64,000 bases of DNA from the IMG/VR virus record IMGVR_UViG_3300034102_003113. One strand, 5' to 3'. This document shows, piece after piece, positions 46,673-56,279 of this stretch (position 1 is the first letter of the stretch; each line of letters starts with the position of its first letter). The translations under genes were made by a program, and so were the position numbers. This DNA is from a virus. The notes under the pieces were generated by a model. It did no database searches. It saw only the letters and a program-made list of their open reading frames with translations, and was not told the DNA's origin.

Positions 46673-48622
46673 ATGCCGGGCCGCGAAGACCTCATACAAC
46701 AGAATAGAGCAGCGACCCGTGCCAGAGTAGAAAATGCTGGTGAACAGGCATCGGTAGGTGGTGAGAAACCAATATACTCCTCCCATCGCAGTCTTCTTGG
46801 CGGAAATTTAGATGTTGCATCAGCGCTTGAGAGCATTGAGTTTTCAATCCAGGGGCCTCTGGGTGATGGCGCCTTACGTAACTCAGTTGCTTATATTCGC
46901 TATTGGAGCCGTCCAGGGACTAAAGCATCGGCAGAAACAACCTCGCAGACTATCGATGCAACACAACTCGATCCTGCTCTTGACCCCCAATTACAAACTG
47001 CCGAGCAATTAAGAAATGCATGGTATGATGGAGGAGAGTTACCAGATAATACAGTAATAGAGTATTCTACTTCTCTACCTGGCGAGGTAGATGCGGCAGA
47101 CTGGTATACTGTCTCGACAGGAGTAGAAAGAGATGGGGATGGAAATATACTCAGAGGAATAAGTCAGACTGTTTTCTCTGCCCCGAATAAGGACCGGCAG
47201 ATTGCTCTTTCAAAAGAGATCCCCACAACCAAAGCAGGTACAGGAAGCGCAAATACAAGCATAGTTGCAAACTCCTCAGAAGTTGATAATGGTTCATCTC
47301 CAGCAACTAGGTCAGGAAATGCCGGAGTAGGGCAACTTAAACCGGCGAATCCTAACGGATTTGTAAATACCGTGTCGCGGATAGGAAGAAGTGTACTTGG
47401 ACTTCCTCCTGGGCAGACAGGGTATCAGGGGGCGGCTGGATCGGCTCAAGGTGGCAAGGCACCTCTGGCAAAGAGCGGCACTTTTTCTAAGGGAATGTGG
47501 CAGTTCCTATTTAATCCTTCCGAACTAGAGATTGAAGCAGGTCCAGAGTTTAAAGCAGCAGAGACATGGGGTGTTAGCGACAAGGGTAATTCTGGCCAAC
47601 CTCTTAACTGGAGCCATAATAAAAATACTCAACTCAAGTTTAATTCTGTGCTCCTCAATGGATATGTATTTGGACGCAAGGTAGAGGAGTTAGAGCAAGG
47701 TATCTTTGAGCTCTTTATGGCCAGAGATGGTGAAGGTCAGGCTGGACCCCCTATCCTTGAGTTTGTATGGGGGAAGAGAGTGTTTGGCCCATGTGTGATT
47801 AAGGATATTTCCATCAAAGAAAAGATGTGGGATGAGGGGATGGTTGTCAATGCAGAACTTTCCTTTACCCTTGAGCAGATTCCTGAATGGACGATTAATG
47901 ACGGATATGTAGATGTGGCTAGACCTGGCCGGATCCCTATGGTCAACGATGCTACTGAATCCGGTCCTGTTGGAGTAGGAAGTACTGTTCCTTCTGGTAC
48001 TCCTTCAGATCCTGGAAGTCCAGATTCTCCATCTCAAAAACCACCTGCTCCGGCGGGTTCAAAGTCTGGAGATGGGAAGTTATGTGATTGGGCATTAAAT
48101 ATTAGTAAACAATTTCAGCAATTATATGTAAGGGTAAATAATCCCCTAACTGCGGCAGCATTCGGTAATTTTAATAGTCAAGTTTCACAATTCTATTCGC
48201 TTAAAGGATCTTTATATTCTGGGTCTAGTGAGATTGGAAGTTATGTAGATACAAAAGTTGCTTCTGGATGCAAAAGGTCTTCTTACCAAGCAACTACAGA
48301 AAATATTAAAAAGACCGGCGGAGGTTTCTCTCTCAATGGGGGTTTAATAAGTGCTGAACAACAAACAATTCAATTTATAAGAGAATGTACCGCATCAACT
48401 AAAAGAGCAATAGATGAATGGCAAAGAACATCCCCTAAATGTAAACCACAAAGAGTTGTTGGACAAGCTGCGCGGGTAAGTGAAGCACAAAATACTGCTT
48501 GTGCTAAATATTCAGGTAAATGTTCTACTCCAAATGAAAGATTCGGTACTACTGGTCAGTGTCCTCAAGTTAATAATGGACGTGGAGTTATATGTTCTGG
48601 AGGAGTTTGGACTCCATTATAA
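46673..48622 (+). CDS. Tail tube initiator (CIS-tube/gpU-like domain) with Cys-rich extension
   Basis: FLFNPSEL...PPILEFVWG..CVIKDISIKE...AELSFTLEQ. Confidence 0.7.
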   Translation: MPGREDLIQQNRAATRARVENAGEQASVGGEKPIYSSHRSLLGGNLDVASALESIEFSIQGPLGDGALRNSVAYIRYWSRPGTKASAETTSQTIDATQLDPALDPQLQTAEQLRNAWYDGGELPDNTVIEYSTSLPGEVDAADWYTVSTGVERDGDGNILRGISQTVFSAPNKDRQIALSKEIPTTKAGTGSANTSIVANSSEVDNGSSPATRSGNAGVGQLKPANPNGFVNTVSRIGRSVLGLPPGQTGYQGAAGSAQGGKAPLAKSGTFSKGMWQFLFNPSELEIEAGPEFKAAETWGVSDKGNSGQPLNWSHNKNTQLKFNSVLLNGYVFGRKVEELEQGIFELFMARDGEGQAGPPILEFVWGKRVFGPCVIKDISIKEKMWDEGMVVNAELSFTLEQIPEWTINDGYVDVARPGRIPMVNDATESGPVGVGSTVPSGTPSDPGSPDSPSQKPPAPAGSKSGDGKLCDWALNISKQFQQLYVRVNNPLTAAAFGNFNSQVSQFYSLKGSLYSGSSEIGSYVDTKVASGCKRSSYQATTENIKKTGGGFSLNGGLISAEQQTIQFIRECTASTKRAIDEWQRTSPKCKPQRVVGQAARVSEAQNTACAKYSGKCSTPNERFGTTGQCPQVNNGRGVICSGGVWTPL

Positions 48623-48628
48623 TAAATT

Positions 48629-51600
48629 ATGGCAACTTCATCAATAATCCTAGATATACGGGCTAATACACAGAGGGCTCTTAGTGAGTTCAAAACGTTC
48701 TCATCCCAACTTGATAATAAATTCCTAGTATCTGGACTTAAACTCGATGTAGTTCGCAATGCGCTTTCCCAAATCAACCGTGAGTTCCAAAAGAGTCTAG
48801 GGGAACAAGGACTAGCCTCAGCGCAATCTCTTAAAGCCGCAGAGAACCAAGCCACGATTCTAACCAATATCTACGCCGGATTCAGCAAAACAGCATCTGG
48901 TCGTATTGTCGAGGACTTTTCATCGGCTCTTAATCTAGTAGCCACAAGAACTGGATCCACGGTTTCTGATATTCAGAAAACCCTAGCAGTATCACCCTAT
49001 CTTTCTAGGGATTTGTCGCAGGGCATCAGGCAAAATATCCTAGTAGATATTCAAAATCTCCAAACCGCTGCTCGTAGAGCCGGACTTGGTGGCAACACTG
49101 CTGATATCCTTAATAAGTTCTTGACTGGGCAGACAGGTGGCCAAGAACTCCAAGAATCTGGGGATACACTCTCCAAGATGCTCGGTGCGGAACTAAGTAG
49201 AGTTGGTGGTGGAGTTGGTACAGAGACAATGTCTCTTACTGAGAGAACAAGGATTCTCCGCGCTGCTCTAGCAAATATAGACATTGAGGGATTCGCCAAA
49301 GAAACTGGCGGATTTAGGGCCGTATTAGAACAATTCTCGGCATCTCTCTTCAATCCAAAAGCTGGCCTTCTCGGCGCGATGAGGGAATTCGTCTTAAAGA
49401 CTGGCGAGGCTCCAACTACTATTTTTAAAGAAACTACAAAACTTTTTGAGAGTATCTTTGGCGAAGAAGGATTTATTAAAACACTGAGCCGAGAACTTGC
49501 CAAAGCATTTGGTATTAGGGGCGAAGACACGGCCATAAGATTCTTAGGCAGAGGGATTCGGTTTATTACCAATCTCATCAATGGTGCTAAAAATCTAATC
49601 GATGATATTCTCAATACTCCAATAGTCCGTAAAGTCGCGGAAATAATCAGATCTGCTTTTGATGGTATTGTAGGATTCTTAAGGAAGCTTGAAGGTATTG
49701 CCAATAATCCTCCAGACTTCCCAGATATCTCAAAGGAGAGCATCCAGACATTCATCCGAGAGATCGGAGAAAATGTGCGTGGATTCTTACGTAAAGTAGG
49801 AGCATTTATTCGCGGAGAGGACATTTCCGATGAAGCAAATACTGGGGCATCAATTGTTGGTACAATTGTCGATGAGGCTGGTAAAACCATGCTCACCTTC
49901 TTCAAGGAAGTTGGTGATGCCTTATTGGCTAAAACCGGCACCATTGCCCTCGAACTTGCTAAAGTCCTTCCAGGAACCATTGCTGGGGTTATTGCCAAAG
50001 GACTGACAGGAGCAGGAGGGATTACAGGATTTATACTTTCAGCTCTTGGGGTAGGAGGGCTGGGACTAGGCGCCTCAAGAGCCTTTGGTGGATTTAGGAG
50101 AGGTGTTCTTGCTGGAGAAGGTGGGATTCCAGGCGCAGCAAATAGATTCTTAGGATCTCCTTTTGGCCCATTAAGACCAAGAGCCAGGGTTACTGGAAGT
50201 GGCCGAACACGTGGAGGCGGAGGAACCATCCCACCTGACCTAGATGACCTGATCTCTTCAGTAAGAGATACACCCGATAGATATTCATTAGATCCGATGT
50301 TCCAAAACATTCGCGAAACTAATGAATTAAATAGATTCAATAGAGAGTTTGCTCAGTCCCAACAACAATTCAGAGACCGTGAATTCTTCCAACGCCGCAT
50401 GGCTGAAGATAGATTTGGTAGTGAAGGCCCTCTAAGAAAAGGAATGTCTCAGTTTGGCAGTTCTCAATACTTAACACAAATAGGTCCTCTTCCAATGGAA
50501 TCTGCCGAACCATGGACAATGGCAAATGGCAGGTACCAACCCTACATGGGGGACGTTAATGAAGAGGCCATACTAGAAGGTCGTAGGAGAGAAATAGCAC
50601 GTAGACAAGCGCTTGGAGGAAGAAACCCCCTTACAAGTGTTGGTCGGAATCTATTAGGCACTTCTGGACTCGATGCATGGGATGGAGGTTGGGATAGAAG
50701 TCGTGGTAATATTGCCGCAAGATTTAATAGAAGATACGGATCTGGTGGTACTAGAGTTGTGATGAGAAGCGGGATTGGTAGACTTGGAGCAAGGATCGGA
50801 GGTGGTGTTAGGGGTATTGGGAGTTATTATCGCGGAGGCGGAGGTGCTGGGATTACTGGATTGGCAGGTGCTGGTATTGCTCTTGGTGGTACTATGCTCG
50901 GAGAGAGTATGGGAGGTGAAACCGGTGAGAATATAACTGCTCTCAGTCAAATCGGTGGAGGAGTTCTTTCTGGCGCTTCTACTGGGGCGATGATAGGCTC
51001 TATCATTCCTGGCATTGGAACCGCAGCCGGGGCGGTGATCGGTGGGGTGATTGGTGGCATAGTCCCATTCATGGACAAGGGGGTAAGAGATGCCGTGGGT
51101 AGATTTGTGGGGGATCTCGGTCGATCTATGACAGAAGGCGGGAAGTCGATTGCCAGCGCCATCTCCGGTGGTATTCGTAATATCCAAAATGGATGGAATT
51201 CTGTAACAACTACAGTACAGGAGTCTGTAACCAAGCTTTTACCTCAGAAAATCACAGAGACCCTAGAGTTCTTTACAAAAGAAATTCCTAAAAAACTCAA
51301 GGATTTTGCTGGAGGTATAGGAACATCTATGATGAATGCAATTACCAACTTTGACCTAGGTAAGAATATTCTAGATGCTCTTAATTTTGTTAAGAATAAA
51401 CTTCAAGGTCGGGAAGTAGGTGGTCCGGTTATTAAGGGTACTTCTTATATCGTTGGGGAGAGAGGCCCAGAAATCTTCACACCAAGTCAATCTGGTTCTA
51501 TTACCACTAATAGAGATCTAAACTCCCTGGCATCTAGATCTGGTGGAGGTGGAGGATCTTCTAATGTTGTATTTAATATAACTATTAATGCTACTGGGCT

Positions 51601-51712
51601 TGCTGGCAACGATATTGCTGCTGCAATTCAACCTGCAGTAATACAAATTTTAGATAATGGAATGAAACAAGCCTCTTCAAATATTGTAACTAGAGGAACT
51701 ACAGTGATATGA
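48629..51712 (+). CDS. Tail tape measure protein
   Basis: Helical Ala/Gly/Ile-rich; GAMIGSIIPGIGTAAGA; REVGGPV..YIVGERGPE C-terminal motif. Confidence 0.85.
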   Translation: MATSSIILDIRANTQRALSEFKTFSSQLDNKFLVSGLKLDVVRNALSQINREFQKSLGEQGLASAQSLKAAENQATILTNIYAGFSKTASGRIVEDFSSALNLVATRTGSTVSDIQKTLAVSPYLSRDLSQGIRQNILVDIQNLQTAARRAGLGGNTADILNKFLTGQTGGQELQESGDTLSKMLGAELSRVGGGVGTETMSLTERTRILRAALANIDIEGFAKETGGFRAVLEQFSASLFNPKAGLLGAMREFVLKTGEAPTTIFKETTKLFESIFGEEGFIKTLSRELAKAFGIRGEDTAIRFLGRGIRFITNLINGAKNLIDDILNTPIVRKVAEIIRSAFDGIVGFLRKLEGIANNPPDFPDISKESIQTFIREIGENVRGFLRKVGAFIRGEDISDEANTGASIVGTIVDEAGKTMLTFFKEVGDALLAKTGTIALELAKVLPGTIAGVIAKGLTGAGGITGFILSALGVGGLGLGASRAFGGFRRGVLAGEGGIPGAANRFLGSPFGPLRPRARVTGSGRTRGGGGTIPPDLDDLISSVRDTPDRYSLDPMFQNIRETNELNRFNREFAQSQQQFRDREFFQRRMAEDRFGSEGPLRKGMSQFGSSQYLTQIGPLPMESAEPWTMANGRYQPYMGDVNEEAILEGRRREIARRQALGGRNPLTSVGRNLLGTSGLDAWDGGWDRSRGNIAARFNRRYGSGGTRVVMRSGIGRLGARIGGGVRGIGSYYRGGGGAGITGLAGAGIALGGTMLGESMGGETGENITALSQIGGGVLSGASTGAMIGSIIPGIGTAAGAVIGGVIGGIVPFMDKGVRDAVGRFVGDLGRSMTEGGKSIASAISGGIRNIQNGWNSVTTTVQESVTKLLPQKITETLEFFTKEIPKKLKDFAGGIGTSMMNAITNFDLGKNILDALNFVKNKLQGREVGGPVIKGTSYIVGERGPEIFTPSQSGSITTNRDLNSLASRSGGGGGSSNVVFNITINATGLAGNDIAAAIQPAVIQILDNGMKQASSNIVTRGTTVI

Positions 51713-52230
51713 TAGACTTACCTCAGATAACGTCAAGAGTTGATACTTCTGATCTTCAGAATATCAAGAACCAATTAGCCTTACGTGATAGAATTAATGC
51801 TGATAGGTATGAAAATAACCAACTCGAGAGAAAAAATCCTAGCGTAATCTTCTCAGAACAATCTGGTCTGTCATTAGCAGACACTGCCCTACGTGGTCTT
51901 AAATACCCACTTGAGTTGAATGGCAAAGGAGGATTGAAACTCTCTTCTAATTACGATCGAGTTGGTGAACAAATACTCGAGGTACTACAGACCAGAATCG
52001 GAGAAAGAGTCTATAGACCATTTTTTGGCATCCCAGAACTTCTCTTTGAGACCATTGATGAGAGTACATTAGCTCAAACAATCCGTTCACAGATAGGTTC
52101 AGTAGTGCCCTCAGGTGTGGAATTAGAGGTTAAAGTATCCTTATCCGAAGATGGTGGAGCTCAGATCGTAGTATTCTACTCTGTCGAAGGAAGCCAACCA
52201 TCTCTGATTAAATACGCATTTAGACCATGA
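51709..52230 (+). CDS. gp25/gpW-like baseplate wedge (sheath initiator)
   Basis: GLKYPL, VLQTRIGERVYRPFFG. Confidence 0.9.
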   Translation: MIDLPQITSRVDTSDLQNIKNQLALRDRINADRYENNQLERKNPSVIFSEQSGLSLADTALRGLKYPLELNGKGGLKLSSNYDRVGEQILEVLQTRIGERVYRPFFGIPELLFETIDESTLAQTIRSQIGSVVPSGVELEVKVSLSEDGGAQIVVFYSVEGSQPSLIKYAFRP

Positions 52231-52652
52231 GTCGCATACAAAGAAACTTTTCTCAGTTTGGTGCTGATGCTCAGCAGATGATCATCGACCAAATCCAGTC
52301 CATAGACCTTGAGAAAATTGGACCAAAATCAATCGCCCACGTTGGCAAAACCCTAATCTCTCTAGTTAAGCAATCCCACCAACTCCAAGAAGATGTAGAG
52401 GAAGAGGAAGTGCGGGATAACTGGATTACTATCCGTGAACTCTCCCACATACTTCTCGTGGAGATACTCGATAAGTTTAAAGAGTTAAGTGCCCTTGGTG
52501 AAATCCCTGAATGGGAGAGAGCAAACGTCCTCAATCTGCTCCAAGAGATCACAAAAGTCTGCCACGCAGAAGAAAAACGAGATGCCCTTTCCGAGATCAA
52601 CACCGGCAAAATCATCGATGACAAAGTACTTGATGAGATGCTAGGATTATGA
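52227..52652 (+). CDS. Hypothetical helical protein
   Basis: 141 aa, ATGA-coupled. Confidence 0.6.
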   Translation: MSRIQRNFSQFGADAQQMIIDQIQSIDLEKIGPKSIAHVGKTLISLVKQSHQLQEDVEEEEVRDNWITIRELSHILLVEILDKFKELSALGEIPEWERANVLNLLQEITKVCHAEEKRDALSEINTGKIIDDKVLDEMLGL

Positions 52653-52813
52653 TGAACATTGATCAGGCTAGAGCAGGCGGAGAGGGAATGCTTTCTGCTT
52701 CTGTTAAGAAAGAAGAAGAAGAGGACATGACTGAAGGCCCTGATCTCTTCCAAAGTAAAGAGCAAAAAGTCCAGATCGAAGTCCCAGAAGGTTGGCACTC
52801 TAAGGAGCCTTGA
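52649..52813 (+). CDS. 54-aa micro-protein with C-terminal VPEGW tag (not in ORF track)
   Basis: MMNIDQ...EEEEDMTE...QIEVPEGWHSKEP; ATGA-coupled, fills gap exactly. Confidence 0.75.
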   Translation: MMNIDQARAGGEGMLSASVKKEEEEDMTEGPDLFQSKEQKVQIEVPEGWHSKEP

Positions 52814-52814
52814 G

Positions 52815-53018
52815 ATGCCCCGCGAATGGAACACCCCGGTAAGAGAACACTGGAACGCTCCAATTCATAATATACTCAAAGCAATAGATAATCACACCCA
52901 ACTCTACTTTAAGACTGGGGATAAGTGGCATGTAGATCAAGCAAATTTCTTAAGAAGCTATGTGTCCGATTTGAAAACATGGATACATAAGGAGGAAGGG
53001 AATCAGTTTAAGGATTAG
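52815..53018 (+). CDS. Conserved cyanophage-type hypothetical protein
   Basis: MPREWNTP.RE.WNAPIH..LKAIDNH pattern recalled from cyanophages. Confidence 0.7.
   Translation: MPREWNTPVREHWNAPIHNILKAIDNHTQLYFKTGDKWHVDQANFLRSYVSDLKTWIHKEEGNQFKD
53006..53013 (+). promoter_or_regulatory. Putative late promoter variant GTTTAAGG
   Basis: ~23 nt upstream of ATG 53037. Confidence 0.55.
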
Positions 53019-53036
53019 TGAGAGTTATAATTACCC

Positions 53037-55424
53037 ATGCCTTTAAAACAAGGATCCTCGGACAAGGTAGTCCAAGATAATATTCGCTGCATCTTAGACA
53101 AAGATGGGTGCGGATATGATCCGCCGTATAAAGACCCGGCTAGAGAGCAATATACTCCAGCCCAGGCTGCGGCTATTGCCTATGCAAAAGCAGGGCGGAG
53201 GAACAACACGGGTAATAAAACCTCTGCATCTAAAAAAACTAAGAGTGTAAAAACCCAAGAGATCAAGACGCCTGAAGCGAAGAAGGAAGAGCCAAAGTCT
53301 CCCGCTCAATCCGCAAAACCTGAAACTGAAACTGATACAAAAAAACCTGGTTCTGATATCCAGATCCCTGAAGGGTGGACAACACAAAAACCCGGAGGGG
53401 ACACTAGTACCTCAAAAAAGAACCAACCGCCTGAGAAGGAGAAGGACGAACTTTCTCCTGAGGCGGACAAGCAGATGCTTGACGAGGTGATGGAAGGGTA
53501 TAAGATGAAGTGGGGCAACAGTGCCTCATTACTTGGCGATGCGTGGGATACGTATGATGCTAAGCAAAAGAAAAAGTTCCTTGCTAATGCAAAGAAGATA
53601 AAAGCAGAGGAACAGGCCAAACAGAATAAAGAAGATAAAAATAGTCCGCCTGCTTCTACGCCCGCGCCCGCACCTGCATCTGCACCAACCACGGAAGCGA
53701 CTCCTCAGTCAGCACCGACTCCAACTCCTACTACTGGAGGTGGAGATGCTGGGGATGCTGATAAGAAGCCTCAGGTTGCTGATGGATGGAAATCAAAAGA
53801 TGATGGTTGGACAACTCATCTAAAGCCAAAGTTTGATGGGGATAATATTAACTACCAGAATAAAGTATATAAACCAACAAAGACTTTACCAGGATCTACC
53901 AATCCTAAACTCTACTCAGACGAAGAAGGTAAACCCAAGTTTGTTGTGAAAGAGGGTGGTGCTAAAGGCCAGAATGATGCGGAATACGCTGCTAACCAGG
54001 TCTATGGCATTCTCTCCCCGCATCTTCCCACCGGTGCCATAAAATCAAGACTCATTGATGGTAAGTTGGTTAATGACTTTATGCCCAACTCTAAAACTGT
54101 TAATGATCTCAGCGAGGATGAGTTAAATAGATACGATGTAAACTCTAAAGTAAGAAAGTCTCTCGCTGCTGACGCGTTAGTCGCCAACTGGGACTATGCT
54201 GGACTTGCAAATGATAATATGATGGTCGATGGCCAGGGTAGAGTACTAAGAATCGACTCTGGTGGGACATTTAATTATAGAGCACAGGGTGAACAGAAAG
54301 ACTTTGATTCGGTGCCTATGGAGATGTGGACACTCCGCTCCAGCACCCAAGGCAAACAATTCTGGGGTAATGCTCAAGAAGAAGATTATGAAAATCTCTG
54401 GAGAGACCAAGTTGCTTATATTGGTCTAGAAGGAAATAAACTTAAGAGCACCATAGCAAATTCAAATCTACCGTCAGAAGTCAAAGAAGCTTTTGGTAAA
54501 AGGGTGGATATTCTTTCAATCGCTGCCCAAGAGGCGAACAATATCGCCAAAAGAGACGGTGTCTCATGGAAGGGAGTAGATCAAGTGATGGAGAGAGCGT
54601 TTAGATACGCCTCCGCTATGAATTCAAAAAATCCTAACTGGGGTGATCTTGTAAGAAACAAAATTCGTGGTGATTTAGAGAAAGCGTTCCCTGAGCAAGC
54701 TCCAAAACTTGACTTCAATCTCCCCACCAACTCTAACAAGTATAACGAGTCAAATTACAAACAAACTGTTAAGGCAGTAGATAATCAATTAAATAGTTCC
54801 GATGCTGGGTATTATGGAGGAGATCCAGATGCTGTAAAACAAATCTCCCCAGAAGCAAAATACGCCTTGAGGGAGTATAGTGGATCTCTATACCAGGATT
54901 TAAATGCCATGGTAAGAGGAAAGACAAAATCTTTCAATGATAATGATATAAAATTCTTCAGTCAGATTGTTGATGTAATGGATGAAAGTTTAGATCAAAT
55001 ACCTGATCATCCAAATGTAGGTATGTTCTATAGAATGAATAAGATTTCTAATAAATATACCGACGACGTTGATGCGCTTAATAACTTAAAACCTGGAGAT
55101 ACATATGTATCTAAAGGATACTCTTCTTACACAGATGACCATGAAGGAGATGAGAATAACAGAAATGAGATACTTGATTCTTTCTATCATGGTAGTACAT
55201 CTAAGACAAACTTTATAACCATTTACCAAGGAAAGAATATAAAAAATATCGCTCCTCTATCAGATATTCAAAACGAGAGAGAATCACTCATGCAAAGAGA
55301 TAAAAACCTTAAAGTTGCAAGTATTAAGGAAGAATCGATTAAAGATTGGCCAAATATCAGCTGGGGAGGCAATGAAACTATGACCGGTAAGATTAAAGTT
55401 ATCTATCTTACAGATGCTGATTGA
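53037..55424 (+). CDS. Multidomain effector: disordered leader + PI3/4K/HipA-like kinase + VIP2/Alt-like ADP-ribosyltransferase
   Basis: Kinase: GST loop, FVVK, AEYAA, DALVANWD..N, RIDSG. ART: Y...Y..LN..R, FYR, GYSSYT, QNERE. Confidence 0.8.
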   Translation: MPLKQGSSDKVVQDNIRCILDKDGCGYDPPYKDPAREQYTPAQAAAIAYAKAGRRNNTGNKTSASKKTKSVKTQEIKTPEAKKEEPKSPAQSAKPETETDTKKPGSDIQIPEGWTTQKPGGDTSTSKKNQPPEKEKDELSPEADKQMLDEVMEGYKMKWGNSASLLGDAWDTYDAKQKKKFLANAKKIKAEEQAKQNKEDKNSPPASTPAPAPASAPTTEATPQSAPTPTPTTGGGDAGDADKKPQVADGWKSKDDGWTTHLKPKFDGDNINYQNKVYKPTKTLPGSTNPKLYSDEEGKPKFVVKEGGAKGQNDAEYAANQVYGILSPHLPTGAIKSRLIDGKLVNDFMPNSKTVNDLSEDELNRYDVNSKVRKSLAADALVANWDYAGLANDNMMVDGQGRVLRIDSGGTFNYRAQGEQKDFDSVPMEMWTLRSSTQGKQFWGNAQEEDYENLWRDQVAYIGLEGNKLKSTIANSNLPSEVKEAFGKRVDILSIAAQEANNIAKRDGVSWKGVDQVMERAFRYASAMNSKNPNWGDLVRNKIRGDLEKAFPEQAPKLDFNLPTNSNKYNESNYKQTVKAVDNQLNSSDAGYYGGDPDAVKQISPEAKYALREYSGSLYQDLNAMVRGKTKSFNDNDIKFFSQIVDVMDESLDQIPDHPNVGMFYRMNKISNKYTDDVDALNNLKPGDTYVSKGYSSYTDDHEGDENNRNEILDSFYHGSTSKTNFITIYQGKNIKNIAPLSDIQNERESLMQRDKNLKVASIKEESIKDWPNISWGGNETMTGKIKVIYLTDAD

Positions 55425-55430
55425 TTAACC

Positions 55431-55583
55431 ATGACAAAACCCTACGAAAAACTAACAGACGCCCAGAAAAAACGCCTTGCTATGAGAAGACAAGCGCTAG
55501 ACGATGATAGTACCGATGCTTTCTTTGAGATACAAAAAACAAAACCACAACCCCCTGAAGGTTGGAAGGAGCAAGGGAAATAA
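55431..55583 (+). CDS. 50-aa micro-protein with C-terminal PPEGW tag (not in ORF track)
   Basis: MTKPYEKLTDAQKKRLAMRR...PQPPEGWKEQGK; fills gap. Confidence 0.7.
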   Translation: MTKPYEKLTDAQKKRLAMRRQALDDDSTDAFFEIQKTKPQPPEGWKEQGK

Positions 55584-55586
55584 TTA

Positions 55587-55594
55587 GTTTAAAG
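55587..55594 (+). promoter_or_regulatory. Putative late promoter GTTTAAAG
   Basis: Exact motif ~22 nt upstream of ATG 55617. Confidence 0.65.
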
Positions 55595-55616
55595 GACTAT
55601 ATACATAGTCCCTATC

Positions 55617-56261
55617 ATGCCTCTCAAAGAAGGATCCAGTCAAGAGACTATCTCTGGCAATATTAAGCGCGAGATGGAATCTGGCAAACCACAAAAACAG
55701 GCCATCGCCATTGCATTAGACAAAGCTGGGAAGTCTAACCGCAACTCAGCCGACTCAGCCGAACCCGAAGAGGGACAAATGGCCCAGGGTGATGTCCGTG
55801 CAATCATGGCCATGGCTCAAAAGATCGATGGCATGGTCTCAGAAATGACTGACCTTCCTGAGTGGGTCCAGGCTAAAATCACAAAAGCCCAGGATTACCT
55901 ATCTGCAGTTACCCAACACCTTGCCCATCCTGGTGAAGATGAACAGGCTGAGGATATGGCCGAAGGTAAAGACCAAGACAATGATGGGGATGTAGACTCT
56001 GAAGACTGGAAGATCTCTCGTGATGAGGCTATTAAAGGAGCCATGGGAGACGAGGAGACTTCTGATAATGCCGAAGACTCCGATCCTTGTTGGAAGGATT
56101 ACGAGATGGTGGGGATGAAGAAAGGCCAAGGTGGTAAACCAGTACCCAATTGTGTGCCTAAGTCATCTGATAATGGCGAATGTGAAGAATGCTCAGATGA
56201 ATACTCTGAGGTGTCTGTGCCAGATGGTTGGTCGGTGAGTTCTAATGTCTACAAAGATTAA
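55617..56261 (+). CDS. Modular acidic protein (putative internal head protein), C-terminal VPDGW
   Basis: MPLK.GSS module, [12 protein letters not shown] module, CWK.Y..VG.KK..VPNCVP module joined by acidic linkers. Confidence 0.7.
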   Translation: MPLKEGSSQETISGNIKREMESGKPQKQAIAIALDKAGKSNRNSADSAEPEEGQMAQGDVRAIMAMAQKIDGMVSEMTDLPEWVQAKITKAQDYLSAVTQHLAHPGEDEQAEDMAEGKDQDNDGDVDSEDWKISRDEAIKGAMGDEETSDNAEDSDPCWKDYEMVGMKKGQGGKPVPNCVPKSSDNGECEECSDEYSEVSVPDGWSVSSNVYKD

Positions 56262-56279
56262 TGTGCCAGATGGTTGGTC
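56217..56279 (+). repeat. 17-bp direct repeat GTGCCAGATGGTTGGTC encoding VPDGWS in two overlapping genes
   Basis: Copies at 56217-56233 and 56263-56279. Confidence 0.85.

Noticed and set aside
46673-48622. Bacterial extracellular contractile injection system or tailocin
   Set aside because: Terminase, replication and lysis genes show a complete phage context
49051-51234. Long antisense ORFs (429, 177, 95 aa) over the tape measure gene
   Set aside because: Pro/Ser-rich mirror of Gly-rich sense codons
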